Both the position numbers and the translations under genes were made by a program. From Candidatus Cloacimonadota bacterium (lineage in GTDB: Bacteria > Cloacimonadota > Cloacimonadia > G963667145): DNA of 64,000 nucleotides. The notes under the pieces are model-generated. The model saw nothing but the letters and a program-made list of their open reading frames with translations. It did not search any database and had not been told where the DNA came from. The stretch covers positions 556,510 through 620,509 of the forward strand of contig OY762940.1 in assembly GCA_963667255.1 (NCBI GenBank). Reading direction: 5' to 3'. Below, one piece after another: positions 8,387-17,997 of the stretch (positions are counted from its first letter, which is position 1; every line of letters begins with the position of its first letter).

Positions 8387-9915
8387 TGAATATGATAAAA
8401 ATCAAAAGAGCCCTTTTGTCTGTTACGGATAAAGAGGGCTTGTCTTTATTAGCCAAGGAGTTGTGCAAAGCGGGTGTAGAGCTAATCGCCAGTGACGGCA
8501 CGGGGAGATTTTTGCAAAGCGAGGGGATTCCGTTCACGCCTCTCTCCGAAGTGACTGGATACAATCAGGCTTTTGACGGCAGATGCAAGAGTTTGTCTGT
8601 GCAGATTATGGGCAGTCTGCTGTTTGACCGAGAGAAGCATAGTGAGGAAGCCGAAGAGCTGGGGGTTGTCCCTATCGATTTGGTTGTGTGTAACTTATAC
8701 GATTTTTACTCTGTGTGGCGAGGTGAAGCGGATGTGGAGAAATTGGTGGAGCAAATCGACATCGGAGGAGTCGCTCTCCTGCGGGCATCGGCGAAAAATC
8801 ACAGATTTGTGGTGTCGCTGAGCACCGTTGCCGATTACGGCACTTTTGTGCGTGAACTCGAAGAAAATCAAGGACATATCAGCGTGGAGACCTCCAAGCG
8901 ATTGGCGATAAAATCTTTTGTGAAATGCAGTGAATACGACAGAATGATTGCTTTGGGATTGAGCGGAAGCACGCTTCGTTACGGGGAAAATCCGCATCAA
9001 AGTGCGTGGAACTATCCTGTGGAAGATTTTGCTTTTGCGGGACTTCGGCAGTTACAGGGCAAGAGTTTGTCTTACAACAACTTCTTGGATATCAAAGCTG
9101 GCTTGGACTGTGCAAGAGAGCAATCGTTGCCTGCTTGTGTTATCATCAAACATGGTAATCCGTGTGGTGTCGCCATCGGAGAGAGCGGAGAAAACTTGTT
9201 GTCTTTGGCTTGGGCTGGAGATTCCGTGTCGGCGTTTGGCTCTGTCGTTGTGTTCTCTTATGCGGTAACTCGGCAAGATTTGTCGTTTATGTGTTTGGAA
9301 GAGAAAGCGAAAACCAAATTTGTGGAGGCTGTGATAGCACCCGAATTTAGCTCGGACGCTCTGGAGTATCTCGGGCAGAAGAAGAAATTGGCTGTGTGTA
9401 GCTATGATAGAGGGGCGAAATTCGCCGATGTTTCGTTTAAGCAACTCGACTCTATGCTGATTGCTCAAGAGGTGGATGTCGCAGGGCAAGAAGATTTGCA
9501 GGTCATCGTCGGAGATGAGAGCGGATTGGACAAGGAGTTGGCTCTTTTTGGGACAAGGGTCGTTAAGGCGTTGCTCTCCAATGCTGTTACGATAGTCTAT
9601 CGAGATGGCGAAGATTGTCTTCGGCAAATTTCCATGGGTTGCGGTCAGCCGAACAGATTGGATGCGATTTATTTGGCTGTGCAAAAGCTGAAGCGGGCGA
9701 TAGAAGCCGGCAATTTTACAGGGAAGCCGAGCGATTGCTATTTGGTTTCCGATGCGTTTTTGCCCTTTGCGGACAATGTGGAAGCGATAGCGGGAATCGG
9801 GATAAAGACGATTGTGCAGCCCGGCGGCTCGATTCGCGACCATCAGGTCATAGAGGCGTGCGAAAAACTAAGCGTGCGAATGGTTTTCACGGGTGTCAGG
9901 CATTTCAGACATTGA
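8386..9915 (+). CDS. purH: Bifunctional AICAR transformylase / IMP cyclohydrolase
   Basis: 509 aa. Has the MGS-like N-terminus (RALLSVTDKEGL), a C-terminal AICARFT region and the typical ...RHFRH end. The start overlaps the apt stop as TGATG. Confidence 0.9.
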   Translation: MNMIKIKRALLSVTDKEGLSLLAKELCKAGVELIASDGTGRFLQSEGIPFTPLSEVTGYNQAFDGRCKSLSVQIMGSLLFDREKHSEEAEELGVVPIDLVVCNLYDFYSVWRGEADVEKLVEQIDIGGVALLRASAKNHRFVVSLSTVADYGTFVRELEENQGHISVETSKRLAIKSFVKCSEYDRMIALGLSGSTLRYGENPHQSAWNYPVEDFAFAGLRQLQGKSLSYNNFLDIKAGLDCAREQSLPACVIIKHGNPCGVAIGESGENLLSLAWAGDSVSAFGSVVVFSYAVTRQDLSFMCLEEKAKTKFVEAVIAPEFSSDALEYLGQKKKLAVCSYDRGAKFADVSFKQLDSMLIAQEVDVAGQEDLQVIVGDESGLDKELALFGTRVVKALLSNAVTIVYRDGEDCLRQISMGCGQPNRLDAIYLAVQKLKRAIEAGNFTGKPSDCYLVSDAFLPFADNVEAIAGIGIKTIVQPGGSIRDHQVIEACEKLSVRMVFTGVRHFRH

Positions 9916-10654
9916 CCAAGAGGACGGCGACAAAGGCGATGGCGTTGTTCAGTGCGTGGTAGGTGCAACTGTAGGCGAACCCCAGCTTTATCCTCACGAA
10001 ACTGAGCACAATGCCCAAGAATAAGAACGGGAAGATTGCCAAAGCGAAATTCAGCGGGCTGGCGATATCTCCATAGTTCATATGCAATAAGGCGAAGCAA
10101 AGGCTGAAGATGACGGCTATCTTCGTTGGCTTTTCCCAAAAATTTTCCAAAGACTTCAAGTAGAAGAGGTTTCTCCCCAAGTGCATCAAAATGAGCCAGA
10201 TGCAAACTATCCAAAATGTTTTTAGCCAGAGAAATAAGGTGTTTTCCGCTTGAAGTCGGAAGAGAAATTCGCTACTGACGAAAGCCACAAAGCAAAAAAT
10301 GCTTAACGGCAGATATTGCAGTTTGTTGAGGCTGAGACGGAAAATGGCTTCCTCCACGATAGGTGCTGTGATGCAGAAGTAGAAGAACAGGGAGAAAATC
10401 AGAAAGCTACTTCCTGAGTCTTTTGCGGTCATGATTAGCTCACAGAGGGCTTTTTGGTTTGGTAGGCAGTTGCTCGGATAGTGATGCAAAAGCAGTTGCA
10501 AGGCTGTTTGGGTAAACAGGAAGGTTGCCATAAACAGCAGAATTCTTCTTGGAAATTTCATGATGGTTTTTATTAGGCGATAGGAGATTTGGTCAAGCAC
10601 AAAATAACTGATAAGTGACAAGGGATTGATAAAATAGACGATTGCGAAACGCAT
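9905..10654 (-). CDS. CPBP-family (CAAX) intramembrane metalloprotease
   Basis: Polytopic membrane protein carrying the EEAIFR, FALLHMNY and YHALNN motifs characteristic of the CPBP/Abi family. Confidence 0.8.
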   Translation of the reverse strand: MRFAIVYFINPLSLISYFVLDQISYRLIKTIMKFPRRILLFMATFLFTQTALQLLLHHYPSNCLPNQKALCELIMTAKDSGSSFLIFSLFFYFCITAPIVEEAIFRLSLNKLQYLPLSIFCFVAFVSSEFLFRLQAENTLFLWLKTFWIVCIWLILMHLGRNLFYLKSLENFWEKPTKIAVIFSLCFALLHMNYGDIASPLNFALAIFPFLFLGIVLSFVRIKLGFAYSCTYHALNNAIAFVAVLLVNV

Positions 10655-10680
10655 TCGTCTATTTTTTTTGTTCTCCCATC

Positions 10681-10810
10681 ATTCCCACACTTCCCTGCCT
10701 CATTCCCACACCACCCTCATTCCCGCGTAGGCGGGAATCCAGAAGGGGAGTGGATTGGAACATCAGCAGTTGCTTCTTCCCTTATGCATTCCCAAGCTGG
10801 AGCTTGGGAA
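10681..10810. repeat. Cluster of REP-like short palindromic elements
   Basis: (T)CATTCCC occurs four times in 110 nt. There are two hairpin-forming palindromes: ATTCCCGC-gtag-GCGGGAAT (10719-10738) and TTCCCAAGCT-gg-AGCTTGGGAA (10789-10810). Confidence 0.55.
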
Positions 10811-10875
10811 CGAGAACAAAAGATTTTAGAAAATACTATAGAAACACCACGGATTTTTTAGTGAGAAAACATCTT

Positions 10876-11070
10876 ATGAAAGCAAATTATATTGTAAATA
10901 ATGAATTTGTTTTACCAAGTGAAAATATCTTGCAAAATGAAATATTTGATAATCAAATTGCAAAGTATGTTGAGAAGGATGATGTTGTTGCGGTATTGAG
11001 TTCTATTCCACTTTTCTTGTTGGAATATCTTGGAGTCGAAAGTTTGGTAAAACAAATTTCAGAAAGTTAA
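10876..11070 (+). CDS. Possible small hypothetical protein (64 aa)
   Basis: Internal ATG of the 10642-11070 ORF, downstream of the palindromes. The sequence is not low-complexity (MKANYIVNNEFVLPSENILQ...), but it has no clear RBS and I recognise no homology. Confidence 0.25.
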   Translation: MKANYIVNNEFVLPSENILQNEIFDNQIAKYVEKDDVVAVLSSIPLFLLEYLGVESLVKQISES

Positions 11071-11168
11071 ATTTTCCTACTTCAAAATTTCCTTGACACG
11101 CTTAGCTCATTACAAATCTAAACAATAAGCACAATCGTGTTACATCACACTTAAGGATTTGGACAGTA

Positions 11169-13757
11169 GTGAAAAAATTAACAAGCAGTCAATTGCGAAA
11201 AAGTTTCATAGATTTTTTTATCAGTAAAGGACACAAATTCGTTCCTTCCTCTTCTGTAGTTCCACAGGATGACCCTACTTTGCTCTTCGCCAATGCAGGT
11301 ATGAACCAGTTCAAGAACATATTTTTGGGGCTGGAGCAGCCCGAGTATCCCCGAGTGGCGAACTCACAAAAATGCATCAGAGCGGGTGGCAAGCACAACG
11401 ATTTGGAAGATGTGGGCAAAGATGGCTATCATCACACTTTCTTCGAGATGTTGGGCAACTGGTCGTTTGCTGACTACTACAAAAAAGAGGCTATCCAGTG
11501 GGCTTGGGAGTTTCTGACGGAAGTGTTGGAGTTGCCCAAAGACAAGCTGTATGCCACTGTCCACACGAGCGACCAAGAGGCTTTCGATTTGTGGGCGAGC
11601 TGCACGGACATCAATCCGAAGCACATCGAATTTCACGGAGATAAGGACAACTTCTGGGAAATGGGGGCGACTGGTCCCTGCGGTCCCTGCTCGGAGATTC
11701 ATATCGATTTGGGCGAAGACGAGTGCAATCTGCAAACTACCGCTGGGCATACTTGCCGAGTGAATGGCGATTGTCATCGTTTCGTGGAGCTGTGGAATTT
11801 GGTTTTTATCCAATATCAGCGGATTGAGGACGGCTCGCTTGTGGATTTGCAGAACAAATATGTCGATACCGGAGCAGGCTTGGAGCGGATTGCCAGAGTT
11901 ATTCAGGGTGTGCCGAGCAATTATGACACGGATATTTTTACGCCGATTATCGCCAAGGTTCGCGGGATTTCTGCGGTTGAAGATGAGGTCGCTTTTCGCG
12001 TAATCGCCGACCACATCAGAGCGTTGACTTTTGCTCTGGCTGATGGCGGTATCCCGTCTAACGAGGGCAGAGGCTATGTTTTGCGGAGGATTTTGCGGAG
12101 AGCTTGTCGTTTTGGTCGGGTCATCGGTCTCACAGAGCCTTTCCTGTTTGGTTTGGTCGATGTTGTGGTGGATGCAATGGGCGAGCATTACACGGAGATT
12201 GGCGAGAAGTGCGATTACATCAAGATGATAATAACGGCGGAGGAAGAGCGGTTCAACAAGACTCTGGACAAGGGTTTGATTAAGTTTGAGGAGATTGTCG
12301 CTTCGGGCAAGGACATCTGCGGTGCAGATGCGTTTTTGCTTTACGACACCTTCGGTTTTCCTCTAGACCTCACTGCTCTGATGGCGGAGGAGAAAGGGCT
12401 GAGAGTTGATTTGGTTGGCTTTGAGAAGTGTATGGACGAGCAAAAACAGAGGGCGAGAGATGCGGCGAAGTTCGACCAAGGCTCTTCCGAGTTACAGGGC
12501 GATATTTCGGCTGTTGCTCCGAGTGAGTTTGTCGGCTACGATGAGTTGGCGACCACATCCACAGTTGTTTTTGCAGAGGAGGAAGAGAGTAGCCAGTGGG
12601 TCGTTGCTCTGGACAAAACGCCTTTTTATGCGACTTCCGGCGGACAAATTTGTGATATTGGCGAGGTAGTCGGTGCAGATTGGTCGTTGACTGTGCGAGA
12701 TGTTTTCAAGGTTGGCAAGGTCATTTTCCATCGTGGCGAGTTGCAGGGGAAATCTGCGAATGTCGGCGATGTGGCAGAGGCTACTATTGACAAGGGCAGA
12801 CGGGAAATCATCAGCACGCATCATACGGCTACGCACATTTTGCAGTCAATTCTCAAGAAAAATTTGGGCGAGTTTGTTCGTCAGAAAGGTTCGCAAGTAA
12901 CGGAAGACGGCTTGCGGTTTGACTTTGTGTGTATGGACAAGATTCCTGCCGAGCAGTTGCAAAAGATAGAGAACGAGATAAACGAAGTTTCGCGGGCTTG
13001 TTTGCCTGTGAACACAAGACAGATGGAGCTGGACGAGGCGAAGAGCGAGGGTGCTTTGGCGTTTTTCGATGAGAATTACGGCGAAAAAGTCAGAGTTGTG
13101 AATGTCGGCGATGTGTCTATGGAGCTTTGCGGTGGCACACATTTGAGCAATAGCGGGCAAATCGGCTTGTTCAAGATAGTTTCCGAGGGCTCAGTGGCAG
13201 CGGGCATCAGGCGGATTTCGGCGGTTTGTGCCCAAAAGGCTTTGGACTATTGCCTCGGCAAAGAAAATCTGCTGAACGAGTTGTCGGGGAAGTTGGGCTC
13301 TTCGCTCGATAAATTGCCCGAGAAAGCCGAAAGTTTGGTGCAAGAGCGGAAGAGCTTGTTGAGAGAGGTCGAGAGTCTGAACGACAGATTGGTCTCTTCC
13401 CGATTGACAGATTTTCTGTCAGACAAGCAAGTTATAGGCAACATCAGCGTTGCGGCTGGGTATCTGTCCGAGAACTCCGATTTGAAGAAGAGCGTGCCGA
13501 TTTTGCTTGATAAGTTGGGAGAAGGTTTGGTGGTGTTGGTCTCGCCCAAAGACGAGAAACTCTCCATCGGTGTGGGTGTCTCAAAAGGGGTTGTGCCGAG
13601 AGTGAAAGCTGGCGATGTCATCAGAGAGATTGCTTCCGTTTTCGGTGGCAAAGGTGGTGGCAGACCGGAGTTGGCTTTTGGTGCAGGGAATCTTCTCAAG
13701 AGTGGAGAGCCGGAAATCTTGAACTTGATTAAGAAGAGATTAACAGAGATATTATAA
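11169..13757 (+). CDS. alaS: Alanine--tRNA ligase
   Basis: 862 aa with a GTG start preceded by AAGGAT. Has the class II core (FANAGMNQFK, RAGGKHNDLEDVG), the editing-domain HxxxH (HHTATH) and CGGTH, and a C-terminal DHHA1-like GGKGGG. Confidence 0.95.
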   Translation: MKKLTSSQLRKSFIDFFISKGHKFVPSSSVVPQDDPTLLFANAGMNQFKNIFLGLEQPEYPRVANSQKCIRAGGKHNDLEDVGKDGYHHTFFEMLGNWSFADYYKKEAIQWAWEFLTEVLELPKDKLYATVHTSDQEAFDLWASCTDINPKHIEFHGDKDNFWEMGATGPCGPCSEIHIDLGEDECNLQTTAGHTCRVNGDCHRFVELWNLVFIQYQRIEDGSLVDLQNKYVDTGAGLERIARVIQGVPSNYDTDIFTPIIAKVRGISAVEDEVAFRVIADHIRALTFALADGGIPSNEGRGYVLRRILRRACRFGRVIGLTEPFLFGLVDVVVDAMGEHYTEIGEKCDYIKMIITAEEERFNKTLDKGLIKFEEIVASGKDICGADAFLLYDTFGFPLDLTALMAEEKGLRVDLVGFEKCMDEQKQRARDAAKFDQGSSELQGDISAVAPSEFVGYDELATTSTVVFAEEEESSQWVVALDKTPFYATSGGQICDIGEVVGADWSLTVRDVFKVGKVIFHRGELQGKSANVGDVAEATIDKGRREIISTHHTATHILQSILKKNLGEFVRQKGSQVTEDGLRFDFVCMDKIPAEQLQKIENEINEVSRACLPVNTRQMELDEAKSEGALAFFDENYGEKVRVVNVGDVSMELCGGTHLSNSGQIGLFKIVSEGSVAAGIRRISAVCAQKALDYCLGKENLLNELSGKLGSSLDKLPEKAESLVQERKSLLREVESLNDRLVSSRLTDFLSDKQVIGNISVAAGYLSENSDLKKSVPILLDKLGEGLVVLVSPKDEKLSIGVGVSKGVVPRVKAGDVIREIASVFGGKGGGRPELAFGAGNLLKSGEPEILNLIKKRLTEIL

Positions 13758-13772
13758 ATTTGGCAAAATATT

Positions 13773-14993
13773 ATGAGAAACAGTAGCAGAGACAATTGGT
13801 GGCAAACGGCTTTCTTTTATCAGCCGAGAGCAAATCTGAAATTTAGGCAGCTGGCTCAACAGGTGGTCAGATACAAGCAGATGGGCGTTGATGCTGTCTA
13901 TTTGGATGAGGTTTTGGATGCCGATTATCCCTATGGTGCTGTGAACAATTTTTACAAATTTAGTGCTGACAAGGGCGAAAAGGAAGATTTTCTCTCTATG
14001 TTGGATGCTTTTCATCGGGAAGAGATTGCGGTTGTCGTCAGGATGCGGGTAGATTGCACGACTCTTGAGAATAACCTTTTCAAACTCGAAGAGACACGGA
14101 ATGAGTGTTACCCTATTTCCGAGGAGGTCGGTCCGTGGAAAGACGAAAATGGCAAATCTCTGTGGCATGGATATGGGGGCAAATTTTATTTGAGTCACCA
14201 CGGCGAGGGTTATCCGCTGTTGGATTGGCACAGTCCTGTTTTGCGAGCCAAGATGGGCAAAGCTGTGCGGTATTTGCTAAACTTGGGGATTGACGGCATC
14301 GTTTTTGCGGGGATTGACAGCTGTATGTATGATTCGCAGGGCAACGACGACTATCGGACTCTTACCGATTTGAACCTCAAAGTTGTTCGCTTTTTACGAG
14401 ATTTGGTCGCTGAACGCGGAAATTGTTGCTCTCTCGGAGAGTTGGACTCTTCGGCAACGGCTGACAAATATGAGAAATATTCGTTCAAATCTTTCAACTT
14501 GCTGTTTCGCCAGTTGGAGCGAAGTGATAGTTTGGAAGTTTTGGACAATCTTTTGGATAGTGGGAAGAGGAAATTTCTCTACTTTGCCACTGAAGACAGT
14601 CGATTTTCGGAGAGTTTGGAGAAATGTTTTTTGGCTTACGCACTTTGCAGTTCGGACAATTTTCTATTGCAAGATAATTTATCGGAAAATAAATTGCAAA
14701 TGTATAAGGATGACAAATTCTTTGCGTTTATCCTTGCACTGCGGAAGAACGCTGTTTTGGGGATTGACAAGCTGGAGTGTGCCGACAAATTTCGTGGATT
14801 TTTGCTCAAAGGTGCCGAGAGAGCGATTGTTGTGGGTATAAATTTTGGCGAGAAAGAGTTTGTGTGGAAGGACATTGCCACAGACGATTTGGTGTTGCAA
14901 TCGCTTGACTTCTTAGGATTTGCGGACAGCAAGATTGAGGGCAAAAATGTAGTAGTCGCACCGATGAGTTTGATAATCGGAGAGATTAGTTAG
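13773..14993 (+). CDS. Alpha-amylase (GH13)-like domain protein, probably non-catalytic
   Basis: The N-terminus follows the GH13 pattern (WWQTAFFYQ..., GVDAVYLD, DFLSMLDAFHREEIAVVV, GIDGIVFAGID). By eye, residues at the canonical DxxxNH and GFRxD positions are replaced. Confidence 0.5.
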   Translation: MRNSSRDNWWQTAFFYQPRANLKFRQLAQQVVRYKQMGVDAVYLDEVLDADYPYGAVNNFYKFSADKGEKEDFLSMLDAFHREEIAVVVRMRVDCTTLENNLFKLEETRNECYPISEEVGPWKDENGKSLWHGYGGKFYLSHHGEGYPLLDWHSPVLRAKMGKAVRYLLNLGIDGIVFAGIDSCMYDSQGNDDYRTLTDLNLKVVRFLRDLVAERGNCCSLGELDSSATADKYEKYSFKSFNLLFRQLERSDSLEVLDNLLDSGKRKFLYFATEDSRFSESLEKCFLAYALCSSDNFLLQDNLSENKLQMYKDDKFFAFILALRKNAVLGIDKLECADKFRGFLLKGAERAIVVGINFGEKEFVWKDIATDDLVLQSLDFLGFADSKIEGKNVVVAPMSLIIGEIS

Positions 14994-15713
14994 ATGATAA
15001 ACAAGAGTTTTGTTACGAATTTTTTGAGCGGGTGTTTGGTTTTAGTTGGCTTGTTTGTGCCGTTTGCGGAGGAGTACCAATTGTGCAAAGAGGTAATTTT
15101 CACGGTTGGTCTTTTTGCTTTTTCGGGGGGCATCACCAACTGGATTGCTGTCTATATGCTTTTTGAGAAAGTGCCCGGATTGTATGGCTCGGGTGTTATT
15201 CCGTCGCGATTTCAGGAGTTCAAAGAGGGCATCAAAAATTTGATGATGAACCAGTTTTTTACCAAAGAGAATGTGGACAAATTTTTGAACGGCTCCGGCA
15301 TTGAGCGGATAGATTTGATGCCGATAATCGAGGATACCGATTTTAACCCGATGTTTGATGCTCTGGTCAAATCCATTTTGGAGTCGTCGTTCGGGGGAAT
15401 GATAGCCATGGTTGGCGGTTCTGCCGTGTTGGAGACTTTGCGTGAGCCTGTCGTGGTCAGACTAAAAGATGCCACTGTGAATATGGTCTCTTCGGAGGAG
15501 TTTCATCGGAGGATTGCCGAAAAATTGGTGAAAAAAGATGATGACATTTTGGAGAAAATTTCTACGATAGTGCAAAAGAGGCTCGATGAACTTACGCCAG
15601 ATTTGGTAAAAAAAATAATTCAGGATATGATAAGAAAACATTTGGGATGGCTTGTAGTGTGGGGTGGAGTTTTTGGCGGTTTGATAGGCTTTACCACGGT
15701 TTTTTTGAGATAA
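14994..15713 (+). CDS. DUF445-family membrane protein
   Basis: Has the GGITNWIAVYMLFEKVPG motif typical of DUF445/YheB-like proteins, plus terminal TM segments. Confidence 0.6.
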   Translation: MINKSFVTNFLSGCLVLVGLFVPFAEEYQLCKEVIFTVGLFAFSGGITNWIAVYMLFEKVPGLYGSGVIPSRFQEFKEGIKNLMMNQFFTKENVDKFLNGSGIERIDLMPIIEDTDFNPMFDALVKSILESSFGGMIAMVGGSAVLETLREPVVVRLKDATVNMVSSEEFHRRIAEKLVKKDDDILEKISTIVQKRLDELTPDLVKKIIQDMIRKHLGWLVVWGGVFGGLIGFTTVFLR

Positions 15714-15726
15714 AAAGGGGAAAGAG

Positions 15727-16746
15727 ATGTTTGATAAATTGTTAAGTTTGTTTACTAAAGATATTGTGATAGATTTGGGCACCGCCAATACTTTGATTTA
15801 TGTCAAAGACGAGGGCGTTGTGCTGGATGAGCCGTCGATAGTTGCTGTCTCTACCAAGGATAAGAAGAAGGTGAGTTTTGGTAGGGAAGCCAAAAAGATG
15901 TTGGGGAAAAATCCCGATTTGATAGAGGTGACCAGACCTTTGCAAGACGGTGTGATTGCCGATTTTGCGATTACGGAGCTGATGCTTAAGTTTTTCATCA
16001 AAAAGGCTTTGGGGAAGAGATTTTTGATTAAGCCAAAAGTTATCGTTTGCATTCCATCGGGCATCACCGAGGTGGAGAAAAGAGCTGTGAAAGACAGTGT
16101 TCTGAACTCCGGAGCCAGAGAGGTTTACTTGATTTCCGAGCCTGTAGCAGCTGCTTTGGGAGCGGGTATTCCCATTACAGAGCCACAGGGCAACTTGGTG
16201 ATAGACATAGGTGGCGGGACTACGGAGATAGCTGTGTTGTCGTTGTCCAATATCGTTGCTCACAACTCTATCCGCATTGCCGGAGACAAGATGAACGATG
16301 CGATAGTGAACTATTTGCGACTGAAGAAGAAAGTTTTTGTGGGCTTGCTGACCGCTGAGGAAATCAAGCAGAAAGTCGGCTCTGCCATCAAAGTCGATGA
16401 CGAGTTGGAGATGGTGGTCAAAGGGAGAGATTTGGTTTCCGGTTTGCCTATCAAGTTCAAGGTTACTTCCAATATGATACAAGAGGCTTTGGCGGACACT
16501 GTGCAAAAAATCGTGAGTGCCGTTTTGCAACTGTTTGAGATGACACCTGCGGAACTCACTGCGGACATAGCGGAAAATGGACTGTTTCTCACAGGTGGTG
16601 GAGCACTTCTCAAGAATTTGGACACCAAGTTGCGACAAGAGACGAATTTGCCCATTCATGTTGTCCCCGAGCCTTTGACTTGCGTAGTGCGAGGGACTGG
16701 CAAAGTGATGGAGAATTTTTCCGAGTATTCAGCCGTTTTGATATAA
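15727..16746 (+). CDS. mreB: Rod shape-determining protein MreB
   Basis: 339 aa actin-like ATPase with DLGTANTLIYV, DIGGGTTEIAV and LTGGGALL. Confidence 0.95.
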   Translation: MFDKLLSLFTKDIVIDLGTANTLIYVKDEGVVLDEPSIVAVSTKDKKKVSFGREAKKMLGKNPDLIEVTRPLQDGVIADFAITELMLKFFIKKALGKRFLIKPKVIVCIPSGITEVEKRAVKDSVLNSGAREVYLISEPVAAALGAGIPITEPQGNLVIDIGGGTTEIAVLSLSNIVAHNSIRIAGDKMNDAIVNYLRLKKKVFVGLLTAEEIKQKVGSAIKVDDELEMVVKGRDLVSGLPIKFKVTSNMIQEALADTVQKIVSAVLQLFEMTPAELTADIAENGLFLTGGGALLKNLDTKLRQETNLPIHVVPEPLTCVVRGTGKVMENFSEYSAVLI

Positions 16747-16756
16747 TTAACTTCTA

Positions 16757-17494
16757 ATGAAATATAGATTCCAATTGTTTGTTTTGATTATTTTCAGTTT
16801 TTTTGTGTTGTTTTCTGGCAGTGCGACGAAGACCTCAATAGCCGATTTTTTCCGCAAATACTTGTATCTCCCCGTTGTTTCTTCTTTTGAAAGTCTTGAG
16901 TCCAAAAGCAAGCTGATAGAAGAAAATAAGAGGTTGCAAGAGCTTAATCGGGAGCTTTTGACACAGAATCTAGCGTATCGCGACCAACAATTGGCTTTGG
17001 AAAAGAGAGATTTGGAGAAACGAGGCTTGCAACTCGCCACCGTGGTGGGAGTGATGGGCACTTACAATCAGAAAATTTTGGTTTTGGACATCGGCTCGCT
17101 ACAAGGGGTAAAGATAAACTCCCCCGTTTTCACTTCCCAAGGAGTGGTGGGTAAAGTCGTTTCAATTCAACTAAATACATGTCAGGTGCTTCCTCTTACC
17201 AATGTGGAATTTCACCTGAGCGTCAAATCGCAAAGAAGTAAGATTCAGGGTGTGCTGACCTCTTCTTTGGACGGCACGCTGTTTGTGGATATGATAGATT
17301 TTGGGGCGGATTTGCGAGCCGACGACTTGTTCATCACATCCAATTTATCTACGATTTTCCCAGAAGGGTTTAAGGTCGGCTTTGTGCAGTTTCTGCGGAC
17401 TTCGGACTATGGGAATAGATTGCAAGCGGTTATCAAGCCTATCGTGAATATCAATAGCTTAGAGACTGTGTATTTGCTAAAAGAGGGCAAGTAG
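16757..17494 (+). CDS. mreC: Rod shape-determining protein MreC
   Basis: Sits directly after mreB. Has an N-terminal TM, a coiled coil (ENKRLQELNRELL) and a beta-rich C-terminal domain (GVVGKV). Confidence 0.8.
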   Translation: MKYRFQLFVLIIFSFFVLFSGSATKTSIADFFRKYLYLPVVSSFESLESKSKLIEENKRLQELNRELLTQNLAYRDQQLALEKRDLEKRGLQLATVVGVMGTYNQKILVLDIGSLQGVKINSPVFTSQGVVGKVVSIQLNTCQVLPLTNVEFHLSVKSQRSKIQGVLTSSLDGTLFVDMIDFGADLRADDLFITSNLSTIFPEGFKVGFVQFLRTSDYGNRLQAVIKPIVNINSLETVYLLKEGK

Positions 17495-17496
17495 TA

Positions 17497-17997
17497 ATGA
17501 GAAATTTTAGAATTTTGGTGATGGCTGTCGTTGTGTTGTATTTGCAAATATTCTTTGCGACTTTCTTGGATTTTTCTCAATGTTTGTCCAACTTCTTGTT
17601 GCCGTTCGTTGTTTTGCTCTATGCTGTTTGGGGTAGCAGTAGGAAAACGGTTTGGCTACTTTTCTTCTTGGGTTTCGGATACGATATCTTTAATTCTATG
17701 TATTTAGGGTTTTCTCCGTTTGTTCTGCTGATTTGCTTGGTAATCTCTTCCCAGCTGTTTTTGTATTTCAATGTTCGCAATTTCTCCTCTTGCCTTTTGG
17801 TCTTGTTTGTGATTACCGTTTTTTATCAGATTGCCTACTATTTTATTTTTGTTTTGTTGTCCGCCGATTCCATTCAAGTCGGGAATTTGCAGATGATTAC
17901 TTATTCCCTTTGTTCGCTGATTTCCAATACGGTCATTTTTATTATTTTGGATTTGGCTTACCATTTGCGTTTCGTTCTCCATGAAAAATCAAGATAG
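17497..17997 (+). CDS. mreD: Rod shape-determining protein MreD
   Basis: 166-aa polytopic membrane protein located between mreC and mrdA. The call rests on synteny. Confidence 0.6.
   Translation: MRNFRILVMAVVVLYLQIFFATFLDFSQCLSNFLLPFVVLLYAVWGSSRKTVWLLFFLGFGYDIFNSMYLGFSPFVLLICLVISSQLFLYFNVRNFSSCLLVLFVITVFYQIAYYFIFVLLSADSIQVGNLQMITYSLCSLISNTVIFIILDLAYHLRFVLHEKSR

Noticed and set aside
10642-11070. A 142-aa ORF upstream of alaS.
   Set aside because: Its first ~60 codons merely translate the REP-like palindromes (…SFPRRRESR…FPSWSLGTR…). Only the distal 64 codons are kept, as a low-confidence possibility.
11071-11168. A T-box or other structured leader upstream of alaS.
   Set aside because: The leader is only ~70 nt between the TTGACA and the GTG start, which is too short for a T-box, and no specifier or antiterminator features are visible.
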